A stretch of DNA of 64,000 bases from Lama glama (lineage: Eukaryota). The stretch spans positions 9,550,001 to 9,614,000 of the forward strand of contig CM052817.1 in NCBI GenBank assembly GCA_028534125.1, in the 5' to 3' direction. Below are positions 12,410 through 24,637 of this stretch, one piece after another (positions within the stretch are counted from its first letter, which is position 1; every line of letters starts with the position of its first letter). The notes under the pieces were generated by a model that was not told the DNA's origin, made no database searches, and saw only the letters and a list, made by a program, of their open reading frames with translations. Position numbers and translations under genes: made by a program.

Positions 12410-13041
12410 GTCTGAGAGGTAAGACCGGACCACTGGGCCTTGCTGGAGAGAAAGGGGACCAGGGAGAGACTGGGAAGAAAGGACCCATGGGACCTGAGGG
12501 AGAGAAAGGAGAAGTAGGTCCTGTTGGGCCTCCTGGACCAAAAGGAGACAGAGGGGAGCAAGGGGACCCGGGGCTGCCTGGTGTTTGTAGATGTGGAAGC
12601 ATCGTGCTCAAATCTGCCTTCTCTGTTGGCATCACCACAAGCTACCCAGAAGAAAGGCTACCAATCATATTTAACAAGGTCCTCTTCAATGAGGGAGAGC
12701 ACTACAACCCTGCAACAGGGAAGTTCATCTGTGCTTTCCCTGGGATCTATTACTTTTCTTATGATATCACATTGGCAAATAAGCATCTGGCCATTGGGCT
12801 GGTACACAACGGGCAGTACCGGATAAAGACCTTTGACGCCAACACAGGAAACCATGACGTGGCTTCGGGGTCCACGGTCATCTACTTGCAGCCAGAGGAT
12901 GAAGTCTGGCTGGAGATCTTCTTCACTGACCAGAACGGCCTCTTCTCAGACCCAGGCTGGGCAGACAGCTTGTTCTCCGGATTTCTCCTCTATGTTGACA
13001 CGGATTATCTAGATTCCATATCAGAAGATGATGAGCTCTGA
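12410..13041 (+). CDS. C1QTNF7: CTRP7 coding exon 2: rest of the collagen domain and the C1q globular domain, ending ...SISEDDEL*
   Basis: Acceptor tttgaag|GTCTGAGAGGT at 12409/12410 restores G|GT-CTG-AGA (GLRGKTGPL). 238+632 = 870 nt = 289 aa plus TGA. C1q signature AFSV...[29 protein letters not shown]...FSGFLL. Confidence 0.97.
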
Positions 13042-14136
13042 TCTGCTGTCCCAAATGTCCCAGGATCCTTGTGGAAGAAACTTTGACTTAATCTGGGGCC
13101 CTGGAAGGTGGAAGAAGAAGAAATGAGATCCAAAAAAGACTCCCACTCAGACTCCAGAGCATTTACAGACAGTTCTAGCAGGATCTATTAAAAGAAGTTA
13201 AACCACCAAACCATTGAAACCACAACAGAATGAATTATATAAAGCAATAACCCCAGATACGTTCTCTCAAAAGCAATGTTCATAAATATTTAAACAAATT
13301 AAAGACAATGTTACAAATTCTATTAAATTCCGTGAGTGCTAAAAACCAGCTGGCAATGATATTGTCTCATTAAATCTTTGTAAAATTGCATTTCTGCCTA
13401 TTATTTAAGAGAATCATAACATCCCAAATTCCTTGACAATTCTCAAAAGGCTACAGTAAGTAAAAAAAAATAAAATAAAGGTAAGAGTTGCCAAGTAATT
13501 TCAAGCAAGCCAAAGTGAAGTGATTTTTTTGTTGTATTATTCATTCCCTTATGCTTGTATATATTCACTCAACAACTCTTTAATGAGCCTGTATGAGCCA
13601 GACGCTATGATGCTGGATCAGATTCAATAATGAGTTAAGATAAAATTCCTACCTTCATACGGGCTAGTGTGTGATCTGCATGCTGTCACAGCTCAGCATG
13701 ATGAGCACCATGGCAAATAGACTGACTCAATGCTGGAGGCACAGGACCTTCTCTTCCTAGGAGTGGGGGCCAGAGCATGGAAGGACACCATATGTGCTAA
13801 GGTGTGTATTGTTAAGTAAGTGGGAGGGGTGCAAATAAAACGAGGAATTCAGCAGCTGCATTCTCCCCACTTCATCCTCAAAACACCATTGGTATTTGAA
13901 TCAAGAAGTGGTGGAAAATCTAGATACCCCAGGAGGAGTAATCAAAATGAAAAGAAACAAGTTACAGAGACCAGTTAGCAGATCATTCTCCTAGATTCTT
14001 TACTGTGATGGTTTCCCAGGACAAGTATTTGTCCTCTCAGCTTTCTTGCAGATACTCAGGCACTCTCACAGGCACTACTTTACATTGTAGCAGGACATTG
14101 TTTTAATGGATTTCCTAGGTATTGAATTCAAATAAA
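13042..14136 (+). other. C1QTNF7: C1QTNF7 3' UTR (proximal part) with candidate AATAAA signals at 13469, 13474, 13834 and 14131; true end not determinable
   Basis: Follows the stop codon; AATAAA hexamers read directly from the sequence. Confidence 0.5.
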
Positions 14137-16569
14137 ATGAAGTATCTATTCACTGGTTTATGAATGAGTTGATGGGAGGAGTAACAGGAGGAGGAGAGGG
14201 CATGATTAAACACCAGAGCAAATGGCTGTCCCGTCCAAGTTTCACACATCCCTTAGTCCCACTCTCTCATAGTGGTGACATCTTGTTCCGCACTGAACTG
14301 CAATTCCTCAGTTAATCTCACCCATAATTCTCTCACCCCCACTCCCTTGGCTGGTAGTAATGGTATTTCCTTGCATCATGCGACCCTCCTTCTATGTACT
14401 CCTCCCTTTGCTCATTCAGTTAATAAATATGTTTTAATGTCTCCTACATATGAATCACCACATTGGGTTCTGTGAAGGTAAAACAACACCAAGATGAATA
14501 TGGTGCAGCCCCTGTCATCAACATTTCTAAGGATACAAGAAAGGAAATGACATGCACGCACACACAAAATACCTAGAATTCTGGACATGAACGTGCTAAA
14601 ACATGCTAAGTGCTAAATGGGAGACAGAGACAAAATACTTTGGAAGGAATGCTGAGGAGGAAAGATTAACTTCCAAGTTACAATGTGAGAGAAAACAGCT
14701 AGAGAAATCTCTGCCCCCTGGGTCAGAAGTGACAGAGAGGACTTGGAGTGGCCAACGTGGGTGAAGGGCACTTCAGAGAGAAGTTGTAATAGGGACAGAG
14801 CATGAAAGTGAGAACAGAAACCCAAAAGAGAAATCCATGAGCCATACTTGCAAGAGTCCCAAACGTCAACCTAGGGATTAGGGACTTTACTTGTGGGAAA
14901 GTGTGGAGCCCCTGCGCATTCCAGAGCTGGGTTGGCCATTACCAAGGGTAAAATTTGCAATGACCAAGCCACTGTGCACAGGGGCAGTCCTTGCTTCTCC
15001 CATCTCTCAGGTCTGTCTTGCTTCCTTCGTCTTCCTCTGCCTTCCGTGCTTTTTCCACTTGTTGCTCTGCCTCTGAGTCAGCATGTGGGTCTGGGAGGCC
15101 GGGGCAATAAAAATTAGACCAAGAAGTGAGAGAAAAGGTGGTTTGACATAGTCACCTGCCTCTGAAGAGCAATTGAACCTGGAATTCCCAGCTGTAAATT
15201 AAAAAAAAAAAAAAACCCACCAACAGAAGAAGCTAATCTGGGGAATAACAAAATACGTGCCTTTTGAAGACCATGGGATTCACTGGAGAAACTGGAAATG
15301 GAGAACTTATTGCCGACAGTCATGACTCAGAAGATTATTATGTGGCTTAAATTTTTGTTCTGATCATGATCCTCTAATGCATTCATTTTGGGGACGTTGT
15401 TTACTTTCTTATCTCCTAAATGTTTCTTTTATTACAAAGCCTATTTTGAGTAGCTTTTTAAACTGAAGTTTCTTTAGCTGGTTCTAGGCCAAGTGATGAA
15501 TTTTATTTTGAAATATCTGGCAGGATAGTGGCAGGGATCAGAGAGCTAAAGTGGGAATGGAAAGGCTATTTTGGTATTAAAAGGATAAACTCTTATACAA
15601 AAGCAGTTGTCTTTTATCCCCCCCCCAAAAAAAAAAAACAGATACAATTTATCTACCTCTGCTGATATTTGTGTAAGGAAGAACGATTTTGATTTAAAAA
15701 AACCCAAGTCTCATTCCTGTCATCTTTTGTAAGGGCTGACTTTTAATGAATATGTATTAAGAAATATTTATTGACACTGTACCATCTCATTCCAGAAGGA
15801 TTTAAAGCCACTTACAAAGATTGATAAACTACAGAACGAATACATTAGTCAGCAGCGGATGAGAAGAAAAGGGAAAAATAAACAAACAGAAAAGAAAAGA
15901 GTAAGGCTAACACAAAACTGTGTGTACGTGAACATGTGTGTACCTATGTTACACATCTGTAGGACACATGTGTTTCCTTGTACCCGTGTGTGCATAAGGG
16001 CATCCTAAGGTCATCCATCATTTTGTTTGTGATGAAGCAAAAAAGAATCCATAAACTCTAAATCTACTTTTTCTCTGCCACTCAATGAAAAATAGCATGG
16101 ACATAACTACATTTTAGATATTAGCTATTTGTTGTTTTATACCTTCCTCTTTCTCTCTTTCCTTCTGTACCTCCACTTAGAGTAAATGGCCTCACTACTC
16201 ACCCTGACCCCAAAGCCAAAACCTAAGGAACAGTCTAGATGTCTTCCCTCCCTCCCCCAGGGAATTTTGTTCAGCAGAAATGTTCATGGTTCTAGCCCTC
16301 CATGTACATTTCTGAGTCATTGCAGGTTTCCACTCCCAGTGCCGAGGTTTTGTTCATATACTCATCATCTCTTCCCTGGACTAGTAGGAAACTTTTCCAC
16401 TGAACCTTTGGCTCTGGCCACAACCTTCCAATCCATTCTTCACACTAGGTTAGATTCATCCTTCTCAATTACAAATATGGTCATGTCACTCCGTAGCTTA
16501 AAAGCCAGCAGTGGGCCTCCAGTCTCTACAATATAAAACGTGTCTTGAACTTATTTGGGTTTTGCAACC

Positions 16570-17080
16570 TGAAATGCATGCCCCTTTTCTGCTATTCATA
16601 CCCAGTTTCCTCCTGAAGGACCGTCATCCCTTGTATGCTAGGTCTTTGAGTTTCTAAGTAGAACTGACTCTTGCAGTTTGTAAATCTCTGGCCTGGTTAG
16701 TCAGAACATAGTATTCCACTCACCAATATAATTGGTTCAGGGAACTCAAACAGCGCCACGAGACTTTGCTGGGACATCTACAGAAGAGAATCGCATTCTT
16801 TCCCATTGGACTTAAACCTGTGAGCTCCTAAAAGCCATCTCACCATCACAAAGCATAATATCATCGAAGAATGGAGATATGCACAGATGAAGTTGAAAAA
16901 TGGAGATAAAGGATAGAAATGTGACTTGGAGTCATCATTGGGGTCCTGATCCAGACATGTCTATAATAGCCAGCTCTCCCTGTGAACTTTTCAGTTATGA
17001 CCACCATTAAATGCCATTTTCACTTAAGCCCTTTTGAGGTGGGTATTCAGCCACTTGAAAAAGATGTTATCCTACCTAAT
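16570..17080 (+). mobile_element. Old MaLR LTR (MLT1J/K/L-like), inserted in an L2
   Basis: ...tgtgaacttttcagttatgaccaccattaaatgccattttcacttaagccc...gtgggtattcagccacttgaaaa 3' end. Confidence 0.6.
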
Positions 17081-17899
17081 TTTTCATGCAAGCACCCTTT
17101 AGCTGGGCACATTAGACTCTTTGGGATCTAACCTCTGCTTACTTTCATAGTCACATCTCCAAAAGTCACCCATATGCAACCCATAACCCAAGCAAATGCA
17201 GATAACTGTGGTCCCAGGATGCCTTGTTTCTGCATGCCTCAGGACCTCTGCACGTGCTGTTTCGTTTGCTCGTAATGCCATTGCTGTCTTTGTCTGTCTG
17301 ATTAGGTTACCATTCAAAGCTCAGCTCAAAAGCCCAGCTCCTTTTCTCTAATCTCCCTCTACCTCTTCCCCTGTGCCCAAGGGGAACCACAGGTGACCTC
17401 AGGTGTCTTCCTTACCACCTGGAAACTAGTACATAGTCACAGTAGCAAGAGTGAACACTTACTGAGCACTCTCGATTTTTTTGCTTGTCTGAACTCACTT
17501 GATCTTCACAACAATTATTCTCCCCATTTTACAGATGAGGAAACTGAGAGACAGTGAGGTTAAGAAATGTGTAAGTGGCACAAGAAATGGTAAGTGGCAC
17601 AGCAGAGCCAGGCAGTCTGGCTCCAGAGTCTAGTCTCTTCATCATCATGCTGGGTCCTTATTCTATTTCACACTCATTTCACAAAAGTGTCATCATACAG
17701 CTCGTCTGTTTCTCCTCTGGTCCATCTGGTGGAGATTTGTCCTATTGTCTTTACGTCCCAGGACTGTACCCAGTGTCTTCCCTAATCTGTGCTCAATAAA
17801 AAATGTGATGACTTAATCAGTGACAAGTTCTTCTGAAATACAATCTTTGCACATGGAGAGAGAGACAGAGATCACCACAGAAAAGCTCTATGATCGTCC

Positions 17900-18420
17900 C
17901 GTGAATTCATCAAGACTCTTAAGATTACAACTGACAGAATCCAACTCAAACTGGCTCAAGAAGAGGGAAGGCACTGAAATAACACAGAGTCCTAGAGCCA
18001 TATCTGGGTACTTGTTCACTGTCCCCAGGACTTCATCTCTCCCCGTCTCACAGGTCGGCACTCACCATTACGGACTTCACTCTCAGGCAGGCTCTTACCC
18101 TTGTGGTAGCCAGCCACCAACAGCTCCGGGTTTGCATTTTGCACCTCTGCGGGCAAAAATGTATGTATTTCTCTTTCTCAGTGGTCCCAGCAAAAGACCC
18201 GGGATGACATCCTGTTAGTTCCAACTGGTCCTGCTTGAGTCATAATTATGTCGCTTAGTCGGTGACTGGCCAGAGGGATGTGGTGTTCCCATTGGCCATG
18301 CCTGTATCATGAGGCCATCTCTAGAGCTAAGAACAGAATCGGTCCCACCTAAGTCATACGGAAAATAAAGATACCAAGCCCAGGAAACGAGAAGTTGTTG
18401 ACGGTCAGTCAAAAGCAACA
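17900..18420 (-). mobile_element. Old MaLR LTR (MLT1K-like)
   Basis: aagactctt...tgacagaatccaactcaaactggctcaag...attggccatgcctgtatcatg. Confidence 0.6.
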
Positions 18421-19097
18421 GGTGACCTCTGTAGGCTGTTTTCATATAAAATCAAAACCGCATTTATTTTGTCTGCATGATGCAAACTAAATGTGTTGCC
18501 AGAATGATTTTTCTCGTAGAGAACCTAATTTTTGATAATATTTTGTCAGACTTGACTAAATACTGTGTCCTCTACCCCCCTGGCATCTGTGATGAGCTCT
18601 TGCTACAGGCTGCCAGAAGGCAAGCTCCCAGTCAACACTTTTAATGGAAGAATGGATTATTCTCAATTGAAATCTTCTTCCCCTCTCACTTTCTGATTTT
18701 TTACGTCAGTACCCTAAAATGACAACAATCTATGTGCTTATCTTTGATAATTGTAAAAAGAAGGAGGAATTACCCTTGGAGATTAGTCTCTTTGTGGAAT
18801 CAAAAAATGGCCAGTAAATCCAATTCATTCCTTGGCCAACAAAATGATAACTGAAGTGGCGGTTTGAAATGCCACCCGAGGTCAGCGACTGTGTTGCTGT
18901 CTTCGTGTTCTCCTGCTTGTTTACTGAGAGATCGTCCGTGGTGCCTGATGATACCAGCAGCTGTAGGAACCAGCACCATGATGGGTCCTGTTAGCCCTGG
19001 ACCTTACTTCATCCTCAAGAAAAGCAGTGCCTGTCTCCCACCTCGCTCCCACTAGAAGGAGGAGCAGTGTATGGGCATGTCAGGAGCCCCAGTGCTG

Positions 19098-19597
19098 NNN
19101 NNNNNNNNNNNNNNNNNNNNNNNNNNNNNNNNNNNNNNNNNNNNNNNNNNNNNNNNNNNNNNNNNNNNNNNNNNNNNNNNNNNNNNNNNNNNNNNNNNNN
19201 NNNNNNNNNNNNNNNNNNNNNNNNNNNNNNNNNNNNNNNNNNNNNNNNNNNNNNNNNNNNNNNNNNNNNNNNNNNNNNNNNNNNNNNNNNNNNNNNNNNN
19301 NNNNNNNNNNNNNNNNNNNNNNNNNNNNNNNNNNNNNNNNNNNNNNNNNNNNNNNNNNNNNNNNNNNNNNNNNNNNNNNNNNNNNNNNNNNNNNNNNNNN
19401 NNNNNNNNNNNNNNNNNNNNNNNNNNNNNNNNNNNNNNNNNNNNNNNNNNNNNNNNNNNNNNNNNNNNNNNNNNNNNNNNNNNNNNNNNNNNNNNNNNNN
19501 NNNNNNNNNNNNNNNNNNNNNNNNNNNNNNNNNNNNNNNNNNNNNNNNNNNNNNNNNNNNNNNNNNNNNNNNNNNNNNNNNNNNNNNNNNNNNNNNN
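19098..19597. other. Assembly gap, 500 N
   Basis: Run of N; the round length suggests a placeholder size. Confidence 0.99.
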
Positions 19598-21016
19598 AAG
19601 GTCTGAAGTGGAAGGGTGGCAACACTGGTTGCTCATGCAGCAGAGAGCTTGAGACTCAGAAGAAGAACTTTCTCCAGGAACCATGCCTGGAGAAGAGCCT
19701 GGCCACCACTAGAACCAGGAAGAAATGTGGAGGAGGCTAAGGTGGTAAATCTCTGACCACACTCTCTTTCTACCCTCCAGTCTCCCATCTGTACCTCCCC
19801 CTGGCCAAACCCAACAGCTCTGGGAAGCAAGGGAGGCTTGGTAACATCATGCACAGAGACGGGCTTCTCAGACAACGAGCAGTTCAAAGTAGGACAGAAA
19901 ATTGATGGGGAATCAAGAACTGGGGTGGGACCAGGTGGAAATTAAACAGCACAGGGCTCCTTTCTTTAATGCCTTCCCTCTGTAGAGTCTCCCAAAAATT
20001 CATATCAAGAGGATGCAATAGAACTGGTACCCCATCTTGAGAAGGACAGAAGGGACACCTTCCAGAGCTGCTTAGGGCTGCCTGTAATTGATGCACAAGG
20101 AGCCCTCAGGTCTCACAGTGGTCCAGCTCCACTCACAAGAAAATGACATTGGAGTTTGGGGCCAAAGCTTTGCAGTGATGAACAGGTTTTGATAAAGTGT
20201 CCACTCCTTAAGTCCCTGTCTTAAACTTACAACAGCCACAAGTGGCTGTTGATACATTCAAGGGTTCAAGATTCTAGCCAAATAGCTTTCCAGCTCACTA
20301 TGAGTTAAGCACTCCTCTTATCCCGTTAAAGATGGGAAACTCGAGGCTCAGAGCCATTGAGCAAAGTGACCACAGTCAAGCTTTACACACGTGCGGTTGG
20401 AACTCTTGCCTGCTCACCTCCGGTGCCCGAGCTTCTTCATGAGCACACACACCTGCACTACCCACCCTCCAGACCATTTTGCTGAGACACTGTTTCGTAG
20501 ACAGGTTGCTGCACAGTGAGGAGAAAGCCCCTCCCTCGCTCCTCTTCCTTTGGTGCTGGTAAATGTTGTTTCCCTCCTATTCAGCTGGGAGCTAAGCTAT
20601 CACTGTCAGTATCAAGACCTGCTCAAGCACAGCCAAGATATCCAGGGTGGACAGACCAGGAGGCTATGCAAATGTTAAGAAGCCAAAACTGCACCCACCT
20701 CCCTCACTCTGCACAAGAAACAAAGACTGGCCCTAAGACAGGTGCTAGGTCTAGGGGTCTGGTTTAATTCTACCAAGGAGGACCCAGGAAATCTTTTAGC
20801 ATCATCATTATACCATGTGTTTAGGAAAATCCAGCAGTTGAATTCCTTTCAGTTTTCTTTACAAAACATGCTGAATATGTTGGGGAACTAAAGAGTCTTT
20901 TGGGGAAAGAATTTTTTTAAAAAACTATACAATTTGCCACTAGGATTGTTTAAATGCTGTGCCATGGTTTCCAAGAGACACACTGACACTGATACTCCTT
21001 TTCTTTCTGTTCTACA

Positions 21017-21230
21017 TCAGGACTTCTCAGCCTCAAGCAACTCTGAATTTGGGGCCAGACCATTCTTCACTATGCAGTCCATCCAGTGCATCCTAGGAAG
21101 TAGAGCATGCTTGGCCTCCACCCAGGAGGTACCACTAACAACTCCGCTCCCAACGTAACAATCAATGATATCTCCAGACACTGTCAAGTGTCCCCTGGGG
21201 GCAAAATTTTCCCCAGATGAGAAGTTCTGT
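21017..21230. mobile_element. MER20 (hAT-Charlie) DNA transposon
   Basis: ggcctccaccca...gatatctccagacactgtcaagtgtcccctgggggcaaaat. Confidence 0.75.
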
Positions 21231-22562
21231 ATAATATGATCACAGTGGCGGAGTCCACTCAGTCCTCACAATCTACCTGTTTCCCAAGGACCATTTTCCA
21301 AATAATCTTTTTTTTTTTTTTTTTTTACAGACAACCACATGGCTGGTCAGCATTTCAGGTAAGATATTTGGTCCCTTCTGAGAATCCCTAGTTGAACTGT
21401 TCCCTGTCCTGGAAAGGCCCAAAAGGCAGCTAGAAACTATGCCTTCAACCCAATTCCCTCTGACTATAGCCAAAATATTTCGTTTTTGTTTTGTCTAGGA
21501 TACAAAAATTGCAAAGTCTCCAACTTGTAAGAATGCATTCCAAGAAAATAATTAATAATGTTTGCAAAGATTTAATTACAAGAAAAAGCCTTGCGGCAAA
21601 GTTTGGAATAAGAAAGCTGGGAAATAGCCTAAGTGTCTGAATACAGAATAGTGATGAAATGCACTGCGATACATTCATCTAATAGAATATACATGGTGTC
21701 ATCGAAGGTCATGAGGATGAAAGTGCACTGGTACCATAATCTGCTCATGAAATATTAATAGATCAAAGTAGATTACAAAAAAACTATTCTCAGCAATTAT
21801 CCTATTTTTAAAGTCTGTGTGCATGTGTGCATAGAAAAAGTCTAGATTAAAAGTAGTTACTAATAGGAGAGTTTTCATTTCTCCCCCTTGAATCTTTCAA
21901 TTTTTATAATAAACATATTTTACAGACAACTTCTTTTACATAAGCTCTCAGATAGTCAAGGTAGTTGCACCTTATTATGACCCCAAAAGATGGCAGAGAA
22001 AAAAAGTCTAAAAAGAGGAAAACACCTTAACATTTTAGGTGGACACGTGCACCAGCCTTGATGTCTTCTTGTGGCACCCTTGAATGTCTATTCCAGAAGA
22101 CTCTTTAAGGCAAGAATAAAACAAAATAACCCTAGTTTATATATATTTTAAATGATCCCACCCTAACTTGAACAGGGAAGGAAATGAGTCTTGAATTGAC
22201 ATCATTTTATGGAGTTTTTATTCGCCAGGAACTATAAACCCAATGGGTTAACCACAGCGTGAAGTCATTCAGAACCAATGCATTTCTTGGATGGACAAGG
22301 TGTTTATGAGCAGCCACGTGAGGAAGACTGAAACCATGGCTTCGCTCCAGTGCCATCACAGAGGTGGCAGAATTTATTGAAATAAAATCTTGCTCAATCT
22401 GGTCAGAATTCCAAGAAGTGATCTGAAATCACTGGAAGTAGAAGAATTATAAACTCTTAAGGCATTACATAGATGCTCTCAAATTACAGCACTTTTACAA
22501 GGCTGCTTGTGAGATGCTGTCTTGGCTGAAAGAAATAGTCAAGACAATAATCTCAATAATCT

Positions 22563-23678
22563 ATCCCACCAACAGCGTAGGAGGGCTCCTTTTCCTCCAC
22601 ATCCTTTCCAGCATTTATTATTTGTGGACTTCTTAATGATGGCCATTCTGACTGGTGTGGGGTGGTTCCTCATTGTAGTTTTGATTTGCATTTCTCTAAC
22701 AATTAGCAATGTTGAACATCTTTTCATCTGCTTGTTGAACATCTGGATGTCTTCTTTGGAGAGATGTCTGTTTAGGTCTCCTATCTATTTTTTGATTGGG
22801 TTGCTTGTTTTTTTCATATTAAGCTGTATGAGTTGTTTGTATATTTTGGAAATCAGTCCCTTGTCGGTGCATTATTTGCAAATATTTTCTCCCATTCTGT
22901 AGGTTGTCTTTTTGTTTTGTTGATGTATCCTTGGTGGTGCAGAAGCTTTTAAGTTTAATTAGGTCTCATTTATTTTTCACTTTTATTTGCATTACTCTAG
23001 GAGCTGGTTCAAAAAAATATATATTGCTGTGATTTATGTCAAAGAGTGTTCTGCCTATGTTTTCCTCTAGGAGTTTTATAGTATTTGGTCTTACATTTAT
23101 ATCTTTAATCCATTTTGAGTTTATTTTTGTACGTGGTGTTAGAGAATGTTCTGATTTCAGTCTTTTACATGTAGCTGTCCTGTTTCCCAGCATCACTTAC
23201 TGAAGAGACTGTCTTTTCTCCATTGTATAATCTTGCCTCCTTTTTCATTGATTAATTGACCAGAAGAGTTTATTTCTGGACTCTCTGTCCTCTTCCATTG
23301 ATCTGTGTGTCCCTTTTTGTGCCCCTACTATACTGTTTTGATTACTGATGCTTTGTAGTGTAGTCAGAAGTCAGGGAGCCTGACTCCCCCAGCTCCGTTC
23401 TCCTTTCTCAAGATGATTTTGGCTATCCATGGCATTTGGTGTTTCTATACAAATTTTAACATTTTTTATTCCAGCTCTATGAAAAATGTCATGGATAATT
23501 TGATAGGGATTGCACTGAGTCTGTATCTCACCTTGGGTAGTATGGCCATTTTAACAATATTAATTCTTCCAATACAAGGACACTGTATATCTTTCTGTCT
23601 GTTTATGTCATCTTCGATTTCTTTCATCAGTGTCTTATCATTTTCAAAGTATAGGTCCTTTGCCTCCTTAGGTAGGTT
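22563..23678 (-). mobile_element. L1 ORF2 internal fragment, antisense, without a 3' UTR or poly(A)
   Basis: Minus-strand ORFs 22539-22742, 22966-23196 and 23466-23762 translate to ORF2 motifs ([30 protein letters not shown]). Confidence 0.92.
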
Positions 23679-24041
23679 GCCAGTGGAGGGGGCGGGGAGA
23701 GATGAACAAGCAGAGTACAGAGGATTTTTAGGGCGTGGAAATATTCTATAGGATGTTATCATGATGGATATATGTCACTATACATTTGTCTAAACTCATA
23801 GAATGTGCAACACCAAGAGTGAACTGTAAGATAAAATACGAACTTGGGGTGATTATGATGTGTCAATGTAGGCTCATCCTTGGTTAAAAAACGTTTTTTT
23901 TTTTAAACTATTCTGGTGAGTGATGTTAATGACAGGGAAGACTATGTATGTGTGGGGTCTGAGGTATAAAGGAAAATCTCTGTACCTCCCTCTCAATTTT
24001 GTTGTAAACCTAAAACTATTCTGGAAAAATAGTCTTAAAAA
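23675..24041 (+). mobile_element. L1MC-type 3' end
   Basis: acatttgtctaaactcatagaatgtgcaacaccaagagtgaac...ggaaaatctctgtacctccctctcaattttgttgtaaacctaaaact. Confidence 0.85.
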
Positions 24042-24195
24042 TCTAATAATAATCATCACCATCATCATCTGTCCCTATCACAGCTTCAGATAACATTTCT
24101 CACACTGCAGTGCATCCCTATTATTATTGAAATTACTCTGGAACAACAACAGAGAGTTTCAAGGGTTTTCTGTAGAAAACACCATGTCTTACTGT

Positions 24196-24331
24196 AGAGC
24201 TGGCCCTCCATATCTCTGGTTCTACACCCACGGCTACTGCGGACCAACTGGAAGGAACTTGAGCATCCATGGATTTTGGTATCTGTGAGGGTCCTGTAAC
24301 CAATCCCTCCCAGAAACCGAGGAACAAGTGT
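24196..24331 (-). mobile_element. MER2 (Tigger) with large internal deletion
   Basis: Both termini present: ggccctccatatc... and ...acttgagcatccatggattttggtatc...aaccaatccc...accgagg. Confidence 0.75.
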
Positions 24332-24499
24332 ACTCAGAACTAAAATCACAGTGCAGCTGCCTGAGGTGTTCCAGTGGCCAGACATCTGGCAAAAAATAAT
24401 CCAAAGGTTGGTAGGTAAGATGATCAGAACCCAGGATACATATGCATGGATGTATCAAGCCACCCACACAGGAAGTCCTCACCCACTGGACTCCTCCTA

Positions 24500-24637
24500 G
24501 GCACAATATTCAAATTAAATTCAAGATATCCAATCAAATTTGAATTTCACAATAAATAATTGTTCAGTGTAAGGATGTCCCAAATATTTAACTGGGTGCT
24601 TGCCTTGTATTCTTATGTGCAAAATCTGGCAGCTCTA
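24500..24637. mobile_element. MER53-like hAT MITE with one palindrome arm deleted
   Basis: aaatttgaatttca...atgtcccaaatatttaactggg...aaatctggcagctcta. Confidence 0.7.

Noticed and set aside
12288..12638. Minus-strand Gly/Pro-rich ORF (also 8763-8945)
   Set aside because: Antisense shadow of collagen GGN/CCN codons in C1QTNF7.
12524..12826. 100-aa alternative-frame ORF inside the last coding exon
   Set aside because: TTG start deep in the CDS, and separated from the upstream ORF by the stop at 12413-12415.
19027..19740. Five long ORFs (179-237 aa) in the ORF track
   Set aside because: Artefacts of translating through the 500-N gap.
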